DNA from: Candidatus Moranbacteria bacterium RIFCSPHIGHO2_01_FULL_54_31
Lineage (GTDB): Bacteria > Patescibacteriota > Minisyncoccia > Moranbacterales > UBA1568
DNA length: 37,923 nt
Direction: 5' to 3'
Assembly: GCA_001784695.1 (NCBI GenBank)
Contig: MFRV01000002.1
Span: 1 to 37,923, forward strand
Part shown: one piece after another, positions 1-8,861 of the stretch
How the letters are laid out: every line of letters begins with the position of its first letter
How positions within the stretch are numbered: position 1 is the first letter of the stretch
Position numbers and translations under genes: made by a program
Notes under the pieces: model-generated
What the model saw: the letters and a program-made list of their open reading frames with translations, nothing else
What the model was told of the DNA's origin: nothing
The model's database searches: none

Positions 1-687
1 GGCTTCGTGCCGTTTCTGGCGATCCTCTCCGTCGTGGGATTCCTCATCATCAAGCAGCCGGATACCGGAACGCTCGGGCTGATTTTTATGATCGCGCTGT
101 CCATTTTTTTCGCTTCGGGCGCCAGCATCCGGCATATCCTGTACTTGGTTCTCGGCGGTCTCGCGTTTCTCTGGATTCTCATCAAGATGGCGCCGTACCG
201 GATGCAGCGCTTCCTCGTCTATATCAATCCGGAGCATGATCCTCAGGGGTTCGGCTATCAGATGACGCAGGCGCTCCTGGCGATCGGATCGGGCGGTGTG
301 TTCGGCGCCGGTCTCGGACAGAGCCGGCAGAAATTCAATTATCTGCCGGAACCGGTGACCGACTCCATCTTCGCGATTCTGGGAGAAGAGTTCGGCCTGA
401 TCGGCACGGTCGCGGTCGTGTCACTGTTCCTATTCGTGGCGTGGCGGGGACTGCTGATCGCGCGCTATGCGCCGGATGCGTTCGGCCGGCTTGTCGCGGT
501 CGGCATCGTTTCCTGGATCGTCTTTCAAGCCTTCATCAATATGTCGGCGATCAGCGGCCTCATCCCGCTTACCGGCATCCCGCTGCCGTTCATCAGCTAC
601 GGCGGCACCTCGCTCGCCGTGCTTTTGGCGGCGGTCGGAATCTTGCTTAATATTTCCAAACATTCTACACTGACGGGGAAGAATTAG
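1..687 (+). CDS. ftsW: FtsW/RodA SEDS family protein, 5'-truncated by window edge
   Basis: Frame open from base 1; motifs QPDTGT, GYQMTQALLAIGSGG, LPEPVTDSIFAILGEEFG, TGIPLPFISYGGTS; directly upstream of murG. Confidence 0.93.
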   Translation, partial: GFVPFLAILSVVGFLIIKQPDTGTLGLIFMIALSIFFASGASIRHILYLVLGGLAFLWILIKMAPYRMQRFLVYINPEHDPQGFGYQMTQALLAIGSGGVFGAGLGQSRQKFNYLPEPVTDSIFAILGEEFGLIGTVAVVSLFLFVAWRGLLIARYAPDAFGRLVAVGIVSWIVFQAFINMSAISGLIPLTGIPLPFISYGGTSLAVLLAAVGILLNISKHSTLTGKN

Positions 688-782
688 GTATCATGAAGCA
701 GGAATTATGAAATGAGAACTGCTCGTCTTGTGTTTCTCTGAACGTATTTATTCTTGGTTCATAATTCATGATTCATAATTCC
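682..782. repeat. Inverted pair of degenerate heptamer arrays
   Basis: Left AATTAGG-TATCATG-AAGCAGG-AATTATG; right TTCTTGG-TTCATAA-TTCATGA-TTCATAA; the arms are mutually complementary. Confidence 0.7.
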
Positions 783-788
783 GTTTCT

Positions 789-1916
789 ATGGCTGATATT
801 CCTCGCGTAGTTTTGACGGGCGGCATCTCCGGCGGCCACACGTTTCCCTTGATCGCCGTCGCGCGGACGCTCCGCCAGCAGTTTGCCGGCGATCTAGAAC
901 TCTTGTTCATCGGGTCGCGCGGACGTTTCGAGAGCGATGCGATGGCGCGGGAGGATATCCCGGTGCGGTATGTCTTGACGGGCAAGTGGCGGCGCTATTT
1001 CTCGTTCCAGAACCTCCTCGATCCGTTCAAGGTGCCGCTCGGATTCATTCAGGCGCTGTGGCACCTGTTTTTCTTTATGCCGGACGCGGTGTTCGCCAAG
1101 GGCGGATCGGCATCGGTGCCAGTCGTGCTGGCCGCGTGGATATACCGCATTCCGATCCTCATCCACGATTCTGATGCCGTGGCCGGACGCGCCAACCGTT
1201 TCCTTGCGCACTTCGCCACGCGTATCTCGATTGCGTATCCGGGCGCGCACAATTTTTTTCCGAAAGACAAGACGGCGCTCACCGGCAACCCGGTGCGCGA
1301 AGAGATCCTCTCGGGCGATGCCGCTCGGGCCGTCGTGCAGTTCAGGCTCTCTCCCGAGAAGCCGGTGATTCTGGTATTGGGCGGCAGCCAGGGTGCCCAG
1401 ACGCTGAATGAAGCGATACTGCATATCCTGCCGCAGCTTTTGGAAAAAAATATCCAGGTGCTGCACCAGACGGGGAGCGCGCATTACGAGATGATCGTGG
1501 CTGCCGTCGAGGCTTATGGCGTGAAGATCGGCGAGAGCGGCTATACGCCGGTGCCGTTTTTCGAAGCCGCGGCTCTGGCTGACGCTCTGGCCGCTGCGAC
1601 GCTCGTCATCTCGCGCGCCGGTGCCGGATCGATCGCGGAACTCGCGGCGACCAAGAAAGCCGCCATCCTTGTGCCGCTCGAAAGCGCGGCCAATGACGAG
1701 CAGCGGATGAACGCCTATGATGTCGCGGCGCTCGGCGGGGCGCTGGTGCTGGAAGAGGCGAACCTCGGCGAACACCTCCTGCTCGAAAATATCGACAAGC
1801 TGTTAGGCGATCCGGGATTGCGGCAGACGATGGGGGAGAAACTCCATTCTTTCTACCACGCAGATGCCGCTTCGCAGATCGCGGATGGCGTGCGTGTGCT
1901 TATGCAGAAAATCTGA
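789..1916 (+). CDS. murG: Undecaprenyldiphospho-MurNAc-pentapeptide GlcNAc transferase MurG
   Basis: TGGISGGH, GKWRRY, TGNPVR, LGGSQGA, ISRAGAGS motifs; start taken at ATG 789, after the repeat. Confidence 0.95.
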   Translation: MADIPRVVLTGGISGGHTFPLIAVARTLRQQFAGDLELLFIGSRGRFESDAMAREDIPVRYVLTGKWRRYFSFQNLLDPFKVPLGFIQALWHLFFFMPDAVFAKGGSASVPVVLAAWIYRIPILIHDSDAVAGRANRFLAHFATRISIAYPGAHNFFPKDKTALTGNPVREEILSGDAARAVVQFRLSPEKPVILVLGGSQGAQTLNEAILHILPQLLEKNIQVLHQTGSAHYEMIVAAVEAYGVKIGESGYTPVPFFEAAALADALAAATLVISRAGAGSIAELAATKKAAILVPLESAANDEQRMNAYDVAALGGALVLEEANLGEHLLLENIDKLLGDPGLRQTMGEKLHSFYHADAASQIADGVRVLMQKI

Positions 1917-1933
1917 TTTCTTCCGTGTGTCTT

Positions 1934-3343
1934 ATGACCGAACCGCTCTCTCATTTCAAACACGTGCATATGATCGGCATCAAGGGTGCCGGTATGACGG
2001 CGCTGGCCGGACTCCTGACGAAACAGGGCGCTCTCGTGACCGGTTCCGATATCGGGGAGGTATTCTTTACCGATCGCATCTTAGAGGACCTCAAGATAAA
2101 ATGTGTGGAGCGTTTCGATCCGCAGAATATTCCGGCCGCTACCCAAGCAATCATCTATTCGACCGCCTATTCTCAGGAGGCGAATCCCGAGCTAGCGGCA
2201 GCGCTTGCGAGCGGTCTGCCGGTATGGAGCTATCCTGAGGCGCTCGGGATGCTGACGCGCGAGAAGCTGACACTCGCCGTGTGCGGAACGCACGGCAAGA
2301 CGACCACGAGCGCGCTCCTCGCGGAGACGCTCAAGTTCACCGGTCTCGACCCGTCGGCGATCGTGGGGAGCCGCATCATGAATTGGGACGGCAATGCGCT
2401 CTCCGGCAGCGGCGAGTATCTCGTCTTGGAAGCGGACGAATATCAGAACAAGCTGGCCGCCTACGCCCCGTTCGCCGTCATCCTGACGAGCGTCGATTGG
2501 GATCACCCGGATTTTTTCCCTGACAAAGAAAGCTATGAGCGGGCATTCGCCGATTTCGTGGAGCGCATCCCGCGTCACGGCGTGCTCGTCTACTGCAGCG
2601 ATTCGGCGCGCGTTGCCAGGATAGCGGAGCAGGCTATGTGCCGGAAGATTTCCTACGGATTGCTTGCGGGTGCGGATTTCCATATCCATGATTATGTTCC
2701 CGTGAAAATGGGTTTCGTCGGCGAGGCAGATATCATCAAACAGAGCTTCGCTGTCACGCATGACGGACAGGAACTCGGCACGTTTAAACTGAAACTTGCA
2801 GGGGAACACAACGCCGCGAACGCTACGGCTGTCTTGGCGCTCGCTCTGTATCTGAAGCAGGATCTCGCGCGCATCCGTACGGCGTTCGAGAAGTTCTCCG
2901 GCACCGAACGGCGTTTCGAGTACATCGGCGAACGCTACGGAGCGCTTTTCTATGACGATTATGCGCATCATCCGGAGGAGATCCGCGTGACGCTCAAGGC
3001 CTTCCGCGAGCTCTATCCCGACCGGCGCCTGCGCGTCATTTTCCATCCGCATACGTTCACGCGCACCAAGGCACTGCTCACCGATTTCGCGCAGAGTTTC
3101 GAGACGGCTGATGAGGTGGCTGTCCTCGATATCTACGGCAGCGCCCGCGAAGTTCAGGGCGGCGTATCATCGGAGGACCTGGTCCAGCTCATCAACCGTT
3201 TTTTCCCAGGGAAAGCCGAATATGCGCCGTCCCAAGAGGAGCTTATCGGCCGTCTGGAAGAGACAATGGGGCGTCAAGATGTTATCATTACGCTCGGAGC
3301 CGGCAATGTCTGGGAGATCGCTCATCGTCTGGCGAAGAGATGA
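1934..3343 (+). CDS. murC: UDP-N-acetylmuramate--L-alanine ligase
   Basis: GIKGAGM, GTHGKTTT, EADEY, DWDHPD, DDYAHHPEE, FHPHTFTRT motifs. Confidence 0.96.
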   Translation: MTEPLSHFKHVHMIGIKGAGMTALAGLLTKQGALVTGSDIGEVFFTDRILEDLKIKCVERFDPQNIPAATQAIIYSTAYSQEANPELAAALASGLPVWSYPEALGMLTREKLTLAVCGTHGKTTTSALLAETLKFTGLDPSAIVGSRIMNWDGNALSGSGEYLVLEADEYQNKLAAYAPFAVILTSVDWDHPDFFPDKESYERAFADFVERIPRHGVLVYCSDSARVARIAEQAMCRKISYGLLAGADFHIHDYVPVKMGFVGEADIIKQSFAVTHDGQELGTFKLKLAGEHNAANATAVLALALYLKQDLARIRTAFEKFSGTERRFEYIGERYGALFYDDYAHHPEEIRVTLKAFRELYPDRRLRVIFHPHTFTRTKALLTDFAQSFETADEVAVLDIYGSAREVQGGVSSEDLVQLINRFFPGKAEYAPSQEELIGRLEETMGRQDVIITLGAGNVWEIAHRLAKR

Positions 3344-3346
3344 AGC

Positions 3347-3470
3347 GAATCAGGAGTAGCGGATCCCTGCCCGGCAGGCGGGAGGAATTATGAATATGTC
3401 TTCGACCGTTTGATTGGCGCATCATTTTTTTACTCTTGATTCCGGATTCATAATTCATATATTCCGCTGC
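3347..3470. repeat. Inverted heptamer-type spacer with a nested GC-rich palindrome
   Basis: AATCAGGAGTA pairs with TACTCTTGATT; GAATTATGAAT with ATTCATAATTC; GTAGCGGA with TCCGCTGC; CCCTGCCCGGCAGGCGGG at 3365-3382. Confidence 0.6.
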
Positions 3471-3535
3471 GTATTGAGAGAATATTTTTGAGGAACCGGA
3501 AGCGTATTTTCAATCGAATCCTAAAATAAAAAATA

Positions 3536-4465
3536 ATGGTGACTGTACGGAAAAATGTCCCTTTGGCGCCGCTCACGACCTTTCATGTCGGCGGGAAAGC
3601 GGATTATTTCGCGGAAACGACGGGAGCGCTTGAGCTTGCCGAAGCGATAGAATATGCGGAAAATCATCATCTGCCGCTCTTTATCTTAAGCGGGGGGAGC
3701 AATATCCTGTTTTCGGACAAGGGGTTCGCGGGGATGGTCATCCGCATCATAGATAGCGGCATCCATATTTCAGGCGATACGCTCATAGCGGGTGCCGGCG
3801 TGCCGCTTTTCGATGTCGTGCGCGCCGCCGGCAAAGCGGGACTGGCCGGCATCGAGCGCTTGGCCGGTATCCCGGGATCGTTCGGCGGAGCGATACGCGG
3901 CAATGCCGGGGCGTTCGGCGTGGAGATCGGTGATGCTATCAGTACGGTCAAAGGCTGTATGCGAGTGAGCGGCATTGTGAAGGAATACAATCAGCGCGCC
4001 TGCGAATTCGGCTATCGGACGAGCCTTTTCAAGAAAAATCCCACTATCATCATCCTTTCGGCGGAGATCAGGCTGGCACCGGGCGATCGGCGTACTTTGG
4101 AAAAGATCGCCGCCGACACGGCCGCGGCGCGCGAAGCCAAACATCCGCAGAACGTGCGCTGCGCCGGATCGTTCTTTATGAATCCGGTCGTGAAAGATGA
4201 GCACCTGCGCGAAGAATTCGCCAAAGACACCGGGATGACTCCGAAAGGGGACGCGCTTCCGGCCGGGTGGATTATCGACCACGTCGGCCTGCGGGGCAAG
4301 CGCATCGGGGGTGCGATGATAAGCGATCGGCATCCGAATTATCTCATAAACATCGGCGCTGCGACCGCGGAAGACGTCATTACGCTGGCGAGCCTGGTCA
4401 AAACGCGCGTCCGCGACGAACTCGGCATCCGCCTCAAAGAAGAGGTGCAATTTGTCGGTTTTTGA
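3536..4465 (+). CDS. murB: UDP-N-acetylenolpyruvoylglucosamine reductase
   Basis: TTFHVGG, GGSNILFSD, GIPGSFGGAIRGNAGAFG, FGYRTS, CAGSFFMNP, HPNYLIN, EVQFVG. Confidence 0.96.
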   Translation: MVTVRKNVPLAPLTTFHVGGKADYFAETTGALELAEAIEYAENHHLPLFILSGGSNILFSDKGFAGMVIRIIDSGIHISGDTLIAGAGVPLFDVVRAAGKAGLAGIERLAGIPGSFGGAIRGNAGAFGVEIGDAISTVKGCMRVSGIVKEYNQRACEFGYRTSLFKKNPTIIILSAEIRLAPGDRRTLEKIAADTAAAREAKHPQNVRCAGSFFMNPVVKDEHLREEFAKDTGMTPKGDALPAGWIIDHVGLRGKRIGGAMISDRHPNYLINIGAATAEDVITLASLVKTRVRDELGIRLKEEVQFVGF

Positions 4466-4519
4466 ATGTTTTTTTTGGCTCTATAGAGCTATTTATAGTC
4501 AAAACACTTGACAAAAAAC

Positions 4520-4548
4520 TAGACATATCCTGTTTTTTGTGGTATAAT
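4520..4548 (+). promoter_or_regulatory. sigma70 promoter with extended -10
   Basis: TAGACA(4520-4525)-17 nt-TATAAT(4543-4548) with TGn; an extra TTGACA at 4508-4513. Confidence 0.7.
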
Positions 4549-4648
4549 GGAATCAGTAACAAATTGAAAGCTCTGTGGGGAACGAAGGGGAAACTCTTCG
4601 TTTTGTGTTTTTTTAACAATCTATCTGCAAGAAAGTGAGGAGAAAGTC

Positions 4649-4828
4649 ATGAATATAGAGCATAATGTGTATGAACAGTTGTGCGAATGTGCAGGATGCC
4701 ATAAGCTCGGTAATATGGATCAGATGATTGAGGTGAATGGCAAGTGGTACCACGGAGGTCACGTACCGCAAGTGGCACCGATGGCACATGGGAATTTTTT
4801 CCACCATTCATATGCGATGGCCGAATAA
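4649..4828 (+). CDS. 59-aa Cys/His-rich microprotein with a LIM-like zinc-finger half (absent from the ORF track)
   Basis: MNIEHNVYEQLCECAGCHKLGNMDQMIEVNGKWYHGGHVPQVAPMAHGNFFHHSYAMAE; SD GAGGAG at 4637-4642; promoter upstream and terminator downstream. Confidence 0.7.
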   Translation: MNIEHNVYEQLCECAGCHKLGNMDQMIEVNGKWYHGGHVPQVAPMAHGNFFHHSYAMAE

Positions 4829-4851
4829 AATGGCCACTACAGCACAGAATT

Positions 4852-4890
4852 ACGGGAGAAGACAGATACTGTCTCTCCCGTTTACTTTTT
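4852..4890 (+). terminator. Intrinsic terminator
   Basis: ACGGGAGAAGACAG-ATA-CTGTCTCTCCCGT hairpin followed by TTACTTTTT. Confidence 0.7.
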
Positions 4891-4901
4891 CACCCGTTTC
4901 T

Positions 4902-4990
4902 ATACCATATACTCACATACTAACTATTCACAGCGGCCGTTGTGAATGGTTAGTATGGTTGGTGCGGCAAGAGTATCGATGTTATGGTAT
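4902..4990 (+). other. Long hairpin, possible structured RNA
   Basis: 42-nt near-perfect palindrome 4916-4957 (two G-U pairs) with outer pairings ATACTC/GAGTAT and ATACCAT/ATGGTAT. Confidence 0.55.
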
Positions 4991-5037
4991 TGTTATATAT
5001 ATATTGTTATATCTGTAATTATCTAACCTCAAGCAGC

Positions 5038-5235
5038 ATGGATGAAACAGTCTTGAAAAAATTGGCGGAGCAGGAGCAGAAGATCGACGCCATCTACGCG
5101 TCCGTCGAGAAAACGCGCAAGTATTTCTTGTGGACGCTCATCACATCGCTTGCGTTCTTCGTTCTGCCTCTGATCGGGCTTACGTTCGCGATACCGTTCT
5201 TCCTCAACACGCTTGCGGCCTACAGCGGCCTCTAG
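5038..5235 (+). CDS. Small membrane protein (coiled-coil plus hydrophobic segment), unknown function
   Basis: MDETVLKKLAEQEQKIDAIYASVEKTRKYFLWTLITSLAFFVLPLIGL...; genome-typical codon usage. Confidence 0.8.
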   Translation: MDETVLKKLAEQEQKIDAIYASVEKTRKYFLWTLITSLAFFVLPLIGLTFAIPFFLNTLAAYSGL

Positions 5236-5295
5236 TTCCTGAGACGATGCCGAGATGGTATACTGAGAGCATATAAACCGTTAAATAGAGAGCAT

Positions 5296-5646
5296 ATGAA
5301 TACGCGCTTTTTGTTCAAGGGAGTGGAGATCGATGGGCGGACACAGGAGTATGTCCTGAAACGGCTGGAGAGAGTGGAAAAGCTGGTTGATCCGGTAAGC
5401 GAGTTCGAGGTAGAGGTGGATAGGGATAAAAAGGGAAAGTTTCGCGTCGAGATAATGATAAAAACGCCGCATAACCTCTATCGTGCCGAAGAGACATCGG
5501 TCAGCATAGAGGGCTCGACGGATATCGTGATCGACGAATTGGAAGTCCAGATTGCCAAGCAGAAAAACAAGCATCATGATTTGAAGCTGCGTGGCAACCG
5601 CTCCATCAAGAAGAATCTCGTAGTGGACGAATCCGCTCGCTTTTAG
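5296..5646 (+). CDS. raiA: Ribosome hibernation factor RaiA/HPF (short form)
   Basis: S30AE-like pattern (YVLKRLERVEK...FRVEIMI...YRAEE...SIEGSTDIVIDELEVQI); upstream of secA. Confidence 0.85.
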   Translation: MNTRFLFKGVEIDGRTQEYVLKRLERVEKLVDPVSEFEVEVDRDKKGKFRVEIMIKTPHNLYRAEETSVSIEGSTDIVIDELEVQIAKQKNKHHDLKLRGNRSIKKNLVVDESARF

Positions 5647-5667
5647 TCTTCCTCAATGATTTCCGGG

Positions 5668-5821
5668 TATCACATCCTTGAGAGCAACCTTCCAGAGAGA
5701 TGTTCCTTTGTCCCAGCGGACAAACTCACTGCGTGAAAGTCTCGCAATCCGCCTCAGAAGGCGGAACCATGCTTGCTCAACTTTCAAGCCTCTCTGGAAG
5801 ATTCTCTCTGCAGATGTGATA
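5668..5821 (+). repeat. Structured ~150-nt repeat element, copy A
   Basis: P1 AACCTTCCAGAGAG/CTCTCTGGAAGATT; P2 TTTGTCC-CAGC-GGACAAA; P3 TGAAAGT..GCAA/TTGC..ACTTTCA; P4 CCGCCT-CAGA-AGGCGG; bulge AACCATGC; outer stem TATCACATC/GATGTGATA. Confidence 0.85.
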
Positions 5822-5961
5822 TGAAACATCCTCTTTGACGGGTGCTTTTTTGTTTGCTATCCTTAAATGGTTATTGGCTTGAAAAAGGGATGTTTTGTGT
5901 TTTCTTTATCTCTTTTGTTTCTGTCAAGATGCTAAATTCAATATTCTAGATTCTATTCCTT

Positions 5962-8619
5962 ATGGCATTTTTGGAAAAACTCTTCGGATCGAATGAACGG
6001 GAAATAAACAAATTCCGGCCGCTGGTAGAAACAATCAATGCTTTCGAACCCGCGCTCAAGGCGCTCTCCGATGACGAGCTGAAAGGCAAGGCTGCAAGTT
6101 TCAAGGGGCGCTTGGCGGCAGGCGAGACGCTCGATGATATCCTGCCGGAGGCGTATGCGGTGGTGCGCGAGGTGGCAGAGCGCGTGATCGGCGAGCGGCA
6201 CTATGACGTGCAGCTGTTGGGCGGCATCGCGCTCCACAATGGCAAAATCGCCGAGATGAAGACCGGCGAAGGCAAGACGCTGACCTCGACGCTCCCGATC
6301 TATCTGAATGCGTTGACCGGCCGCGGCGTGCACGTGGTGACGGTGAACGACTATCTCGCCAAACGCGACTGCAACTGGATGGGACGGGTGTACGAGGCGC
6401 TCGGCTTGACTTCCGCCTGTATCGTGGGCCAGGGCGTGTCGTATCGCTATGAATCGCATATCACGGATGAGTCGGCCGTGACGATCGAGATGGAGAACCT
6501 GATTCCGGTGACGCGCCGCGAAGCCTATGCGTCCGACATCACTTATGGCACCAACAACGAATTCGGTTTCGATTATCTGCGCGACAATATGGTGGCGGAG
6601 CTTGCCGAGATGACGCAGCGGGAGCTCAATTTCGCCGTCATCGACGAAGTGGACTCCATCCTGATCGACGAAGCGCGGACGCCGCTCATCATCTCCGCGC
6701 CGGACAGCGAATCGACCAAGCTCTACGAGCAGTTCGCCCGGATGGTGCCGCGCCTCACAGCCGAGACGGATTATGTCGTGGACGAGAAGATGAAAGTGGT
6801 GACGCTCACCGACGAGGGAATGAACCATATGGAGAAGCTTCTCGGAATGGGGAATATCTACGCTTCCGGCAATATCCAGTACGTGCATCATTTGGAACAG
6901 TCGCTCAAGGCGCAGATCATCTTCCATCGGGACCGCGATTATGTCGTGAAGGACGACCAGGTGATGATCGTGGATGATTTCACCGGGCGCCTGATGCCGG
7001 GACGCCGCTACAGCGAAGGCTTGCACCAGGCATTGGAAGCCAAAGAAGGGGTGACCGTCCAGCGGGAATCCCGGACGCTCGCGACGATCACCTTTCAGAA
7101 TTATTTCCGTCTCTATGGAAAATTGTCGGGGATGACCGGTACGGCGACGACGTCGGCCGAGGAATTCGCCAAAGTGTACAAGCTCGATGTCATCGAGATT
7201 CCGACCAATCGCGTGATGGTGCGCAAGGATCTGCCGGATATCGTGTACAAGACGGAGGAGGCGAAGTTCCGCGCCATCGTCGATCGCGTGAAAGAGATCC
7301 ACACGGATGGACAGCCGGCACTCATCGGTACGATCGCCATCGAGAAGTCCGAATACCTGAGCGTGCTGCTCGAACGCGAAGGGGTGCCGCATGAGGTCCT
7401 GAATGCCAAGAACCATGAACGGGAAGCGGTAATCGTCGCCAATGCCGGACAGAAGGGCGCCGTGACCATCGCGACCAATATGGCCGGGCGCGGTACGGAT
7501 ATCAAGCTCGGCGACGGTGTCCGCGAAGTGGGCGGGCTGTTCATCATCGGTACGGAGCGTCATGAGGCGCGGCGCATCGACAATCAGCTCCGCGGCCGCG
7601 CGGGACGGCAGGGCGATCCGGGAGCCTCGCAGTTTTTCGTGTCGCTCGAGGATGAGCTGATGCGGCGTTTCGGCGGCGAAAAAATGAAAAGTATGATGAC
7701 GACGCTCGGACTGCCGGAAGACGAACCGATCCAGAACGGTCTTATTTCCAAAACGATCGAGAGCGCGCAGTCGAAGATCGAGGGTTTCAATTTCGATATC
7801 CGGAAGCACGTGCTCGAGTACGATGACGTGATGAACAAGCAGCGCGAAGTCGTCTATCGCAAAAGGAAGAGCGTGCTCGCACAGACGACTTTCCGCGATG
7901 AGACGCTCGCTCTTTTATCCGAGGAATTGGATCATGCGATCGGTTTCCACACGGCGAGCGAAGAGGCTCTGTGGAATATGCCGGAGATCGTCGCTGAGGC
8001 GAACGGCCTGTTTCCGACACTCGATGAGAAGGAGGCTCTGAAGCGGCTCGAGATGATCCGCGACGACCGTTCCAAGGATGAGATGGAAAAGAAGGGTTTG
8101 ATTCTCGAGTATCTGATGGGCGAGGCGAAAAAAGCCTATAGCGGCCAAGAAGCGGCTTTCAGCAAGGATATCTGGAACAATATCCAGAAAGCGCTCTACT
8201 TGCGTTCGCTCGATACGCTCTGGATGAATCACCTCGACGAGATCGATTATCTGCGCCAAGGCATCGGACTGCGCGGCTATGGCCAGCGCGATCCGCTCAT
8301 CGAATACAAGCGCGAGGCGTATGATCTCTTCCTCGGGCTGATGGATGCCGTGCGCAAGACGTACCTGATGACGATTCTCAAAGTCGGACCGGCGACGAGC
8401 GTACCGGAGCAGGCGGCTCCGCGCGAGATACAGCTCCGCGGCGCAAGCGAGGATATCGAGCAGTTCAGCGCCCCCCAGGGGGGTGAAGTGGCCGCATCGG
8501 GTGCCGAGCAGGGCGAAGCGCCGAAGCAAGAGCCTCTCGTGAACACCGATACCGTCGGCCGCAATGATCCCTGTCCGTGCGGATCAGGGAAGAAGTATAA
8601 AAAGTGCCATGGGAAGTGA
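5962..8619 (+). CDS. secA: Preprotein translocase ATPase SecA
   Basis: [56 protein letters not shown]-terminal [17 protein letters not shown]. Confidence 0.98.
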   Translation: MAFLEKLFGSNEREINKFRPLVETINAFEPALKALSDDELKGKAASFKGRLAAGETLDDILPEAYAVVREVAERVIGERHYDVQLLGGIALHNGKIAEMKTGEGKTLTSTLPIYLNALTGRGVHVVTVNDYLAKRDCNWMGRVYEALGLTSACIVGQGVSYRYESHITDESAVTIEMENLIPVTRREAYASDITYGTNNEFGFDYLRDNMVAELAEMTQRELNFAVIDEVDSILIDEARTPLIISAPDSESTKLYEQFARMVPRLTAETDYVVDEKMKVVTLTDEGMNHMEKLLGMGNIYASGNIQYVHHLEQSLKAQIIFHRDRDYVVKDDQVMIVDDFTGRLMPGRRYSEGLHQALEAKEGVTVQRESRTLATITFQNYFRLYGKLSGMTGTATTSAEEFAKVYKLDVIEIPTNRVMVRKDLPDIVYKTEEAKFRAIVDRVKEIHTDGQPALIGTIAIEKSEYLSVLLEREGVPHEVLNAKNHEREAVIVANAGQKGAVTIATNMAGRGTDIKLGDGVREVGGLFIIGTERHEARRIDNQLRGRAGRQGDPGASQFFVSLEDELMRRFGGEKMKSMMTTLGLPEDEPIQNGLISKTIESAQSKIEGFNFDIRKHVLEYDDVMNKQREVVYRKRKSVLAQTTFRDETLALLSEELDHAIGFHTASEEALWNMPEIVAEANGLFPTLDEKEALKRLEMIRDDRSKDEMEKKGLILEYLMGEAKKAYSGQEAAFSKDIWNNIQKALYLRSLDTLWMNHLDEIDYLRQGIGLRGYGQRDPLIEYKREAYDLFLGLMDAVRKTYLMTILKVGPATSVPEQAAPREIQLRGASEDIEQFSAPQGGEVAASGAEQGEAPKQEPLVNTDTVGRNDPCPCGSGKKYKKCHGK

Positions 8620-8620
8620 T

Positions 8621-8845
8621 ATGCTCAAATTAGGAAAATACAGGCATTACAAGGGGAAAGAATACGAGGTGATCGGTGTAGCTAAGCACAGCGAAACACT
8701 GGAAGATCTGGTCGTGTATCGGGCGCTATACGATTCGGAGGAGTTCGGTGATAAAGCGCTGTGGGTGCGTCCGCAAGCGATGTTTCTCGAGGAGATAGAA
8801 ATCGATGGCAAAAAGGCTTTGAGATTTGAATACATCGGAGGGTAA
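8621..8845 (+). CDS. DUF1653 family protein
   Basis: GKYRHYKGKEYEVIGVAKHSETLEDLVVYRALY...LWVRP..MF signature. Confidence 0.88.
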   Translation: MLKLGKYRHYKGKEYEVIGVAKHSETLEDLVVYRALYDSEEFGDKALWVRPQAMFLEEIEIDGKKALRFEYIGG

Positions 8846-8861
8846 TTTTTTGGGAGGCGAT

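Noticed and set aside
4737-5018. 93-aa plus-strand ORF and the GCAAGTGGYACC repeat
   Set aside because: Overlaps the better-supported 59-aa ORF and runs through its terminator; only two repeat copies, so not a CRISPR array
5668-5821. Identification of the repeat as the raiA-motif RNA, SRP RNA, an HDV-like ribozyme or attC
   Set aside because: It lies downstream of raiA and recurs at unrelated loci; it lacks the SRP helix-8 consensus, the HDV nested pseudoknot and attC RYYYAAC/GTTRRRY ends
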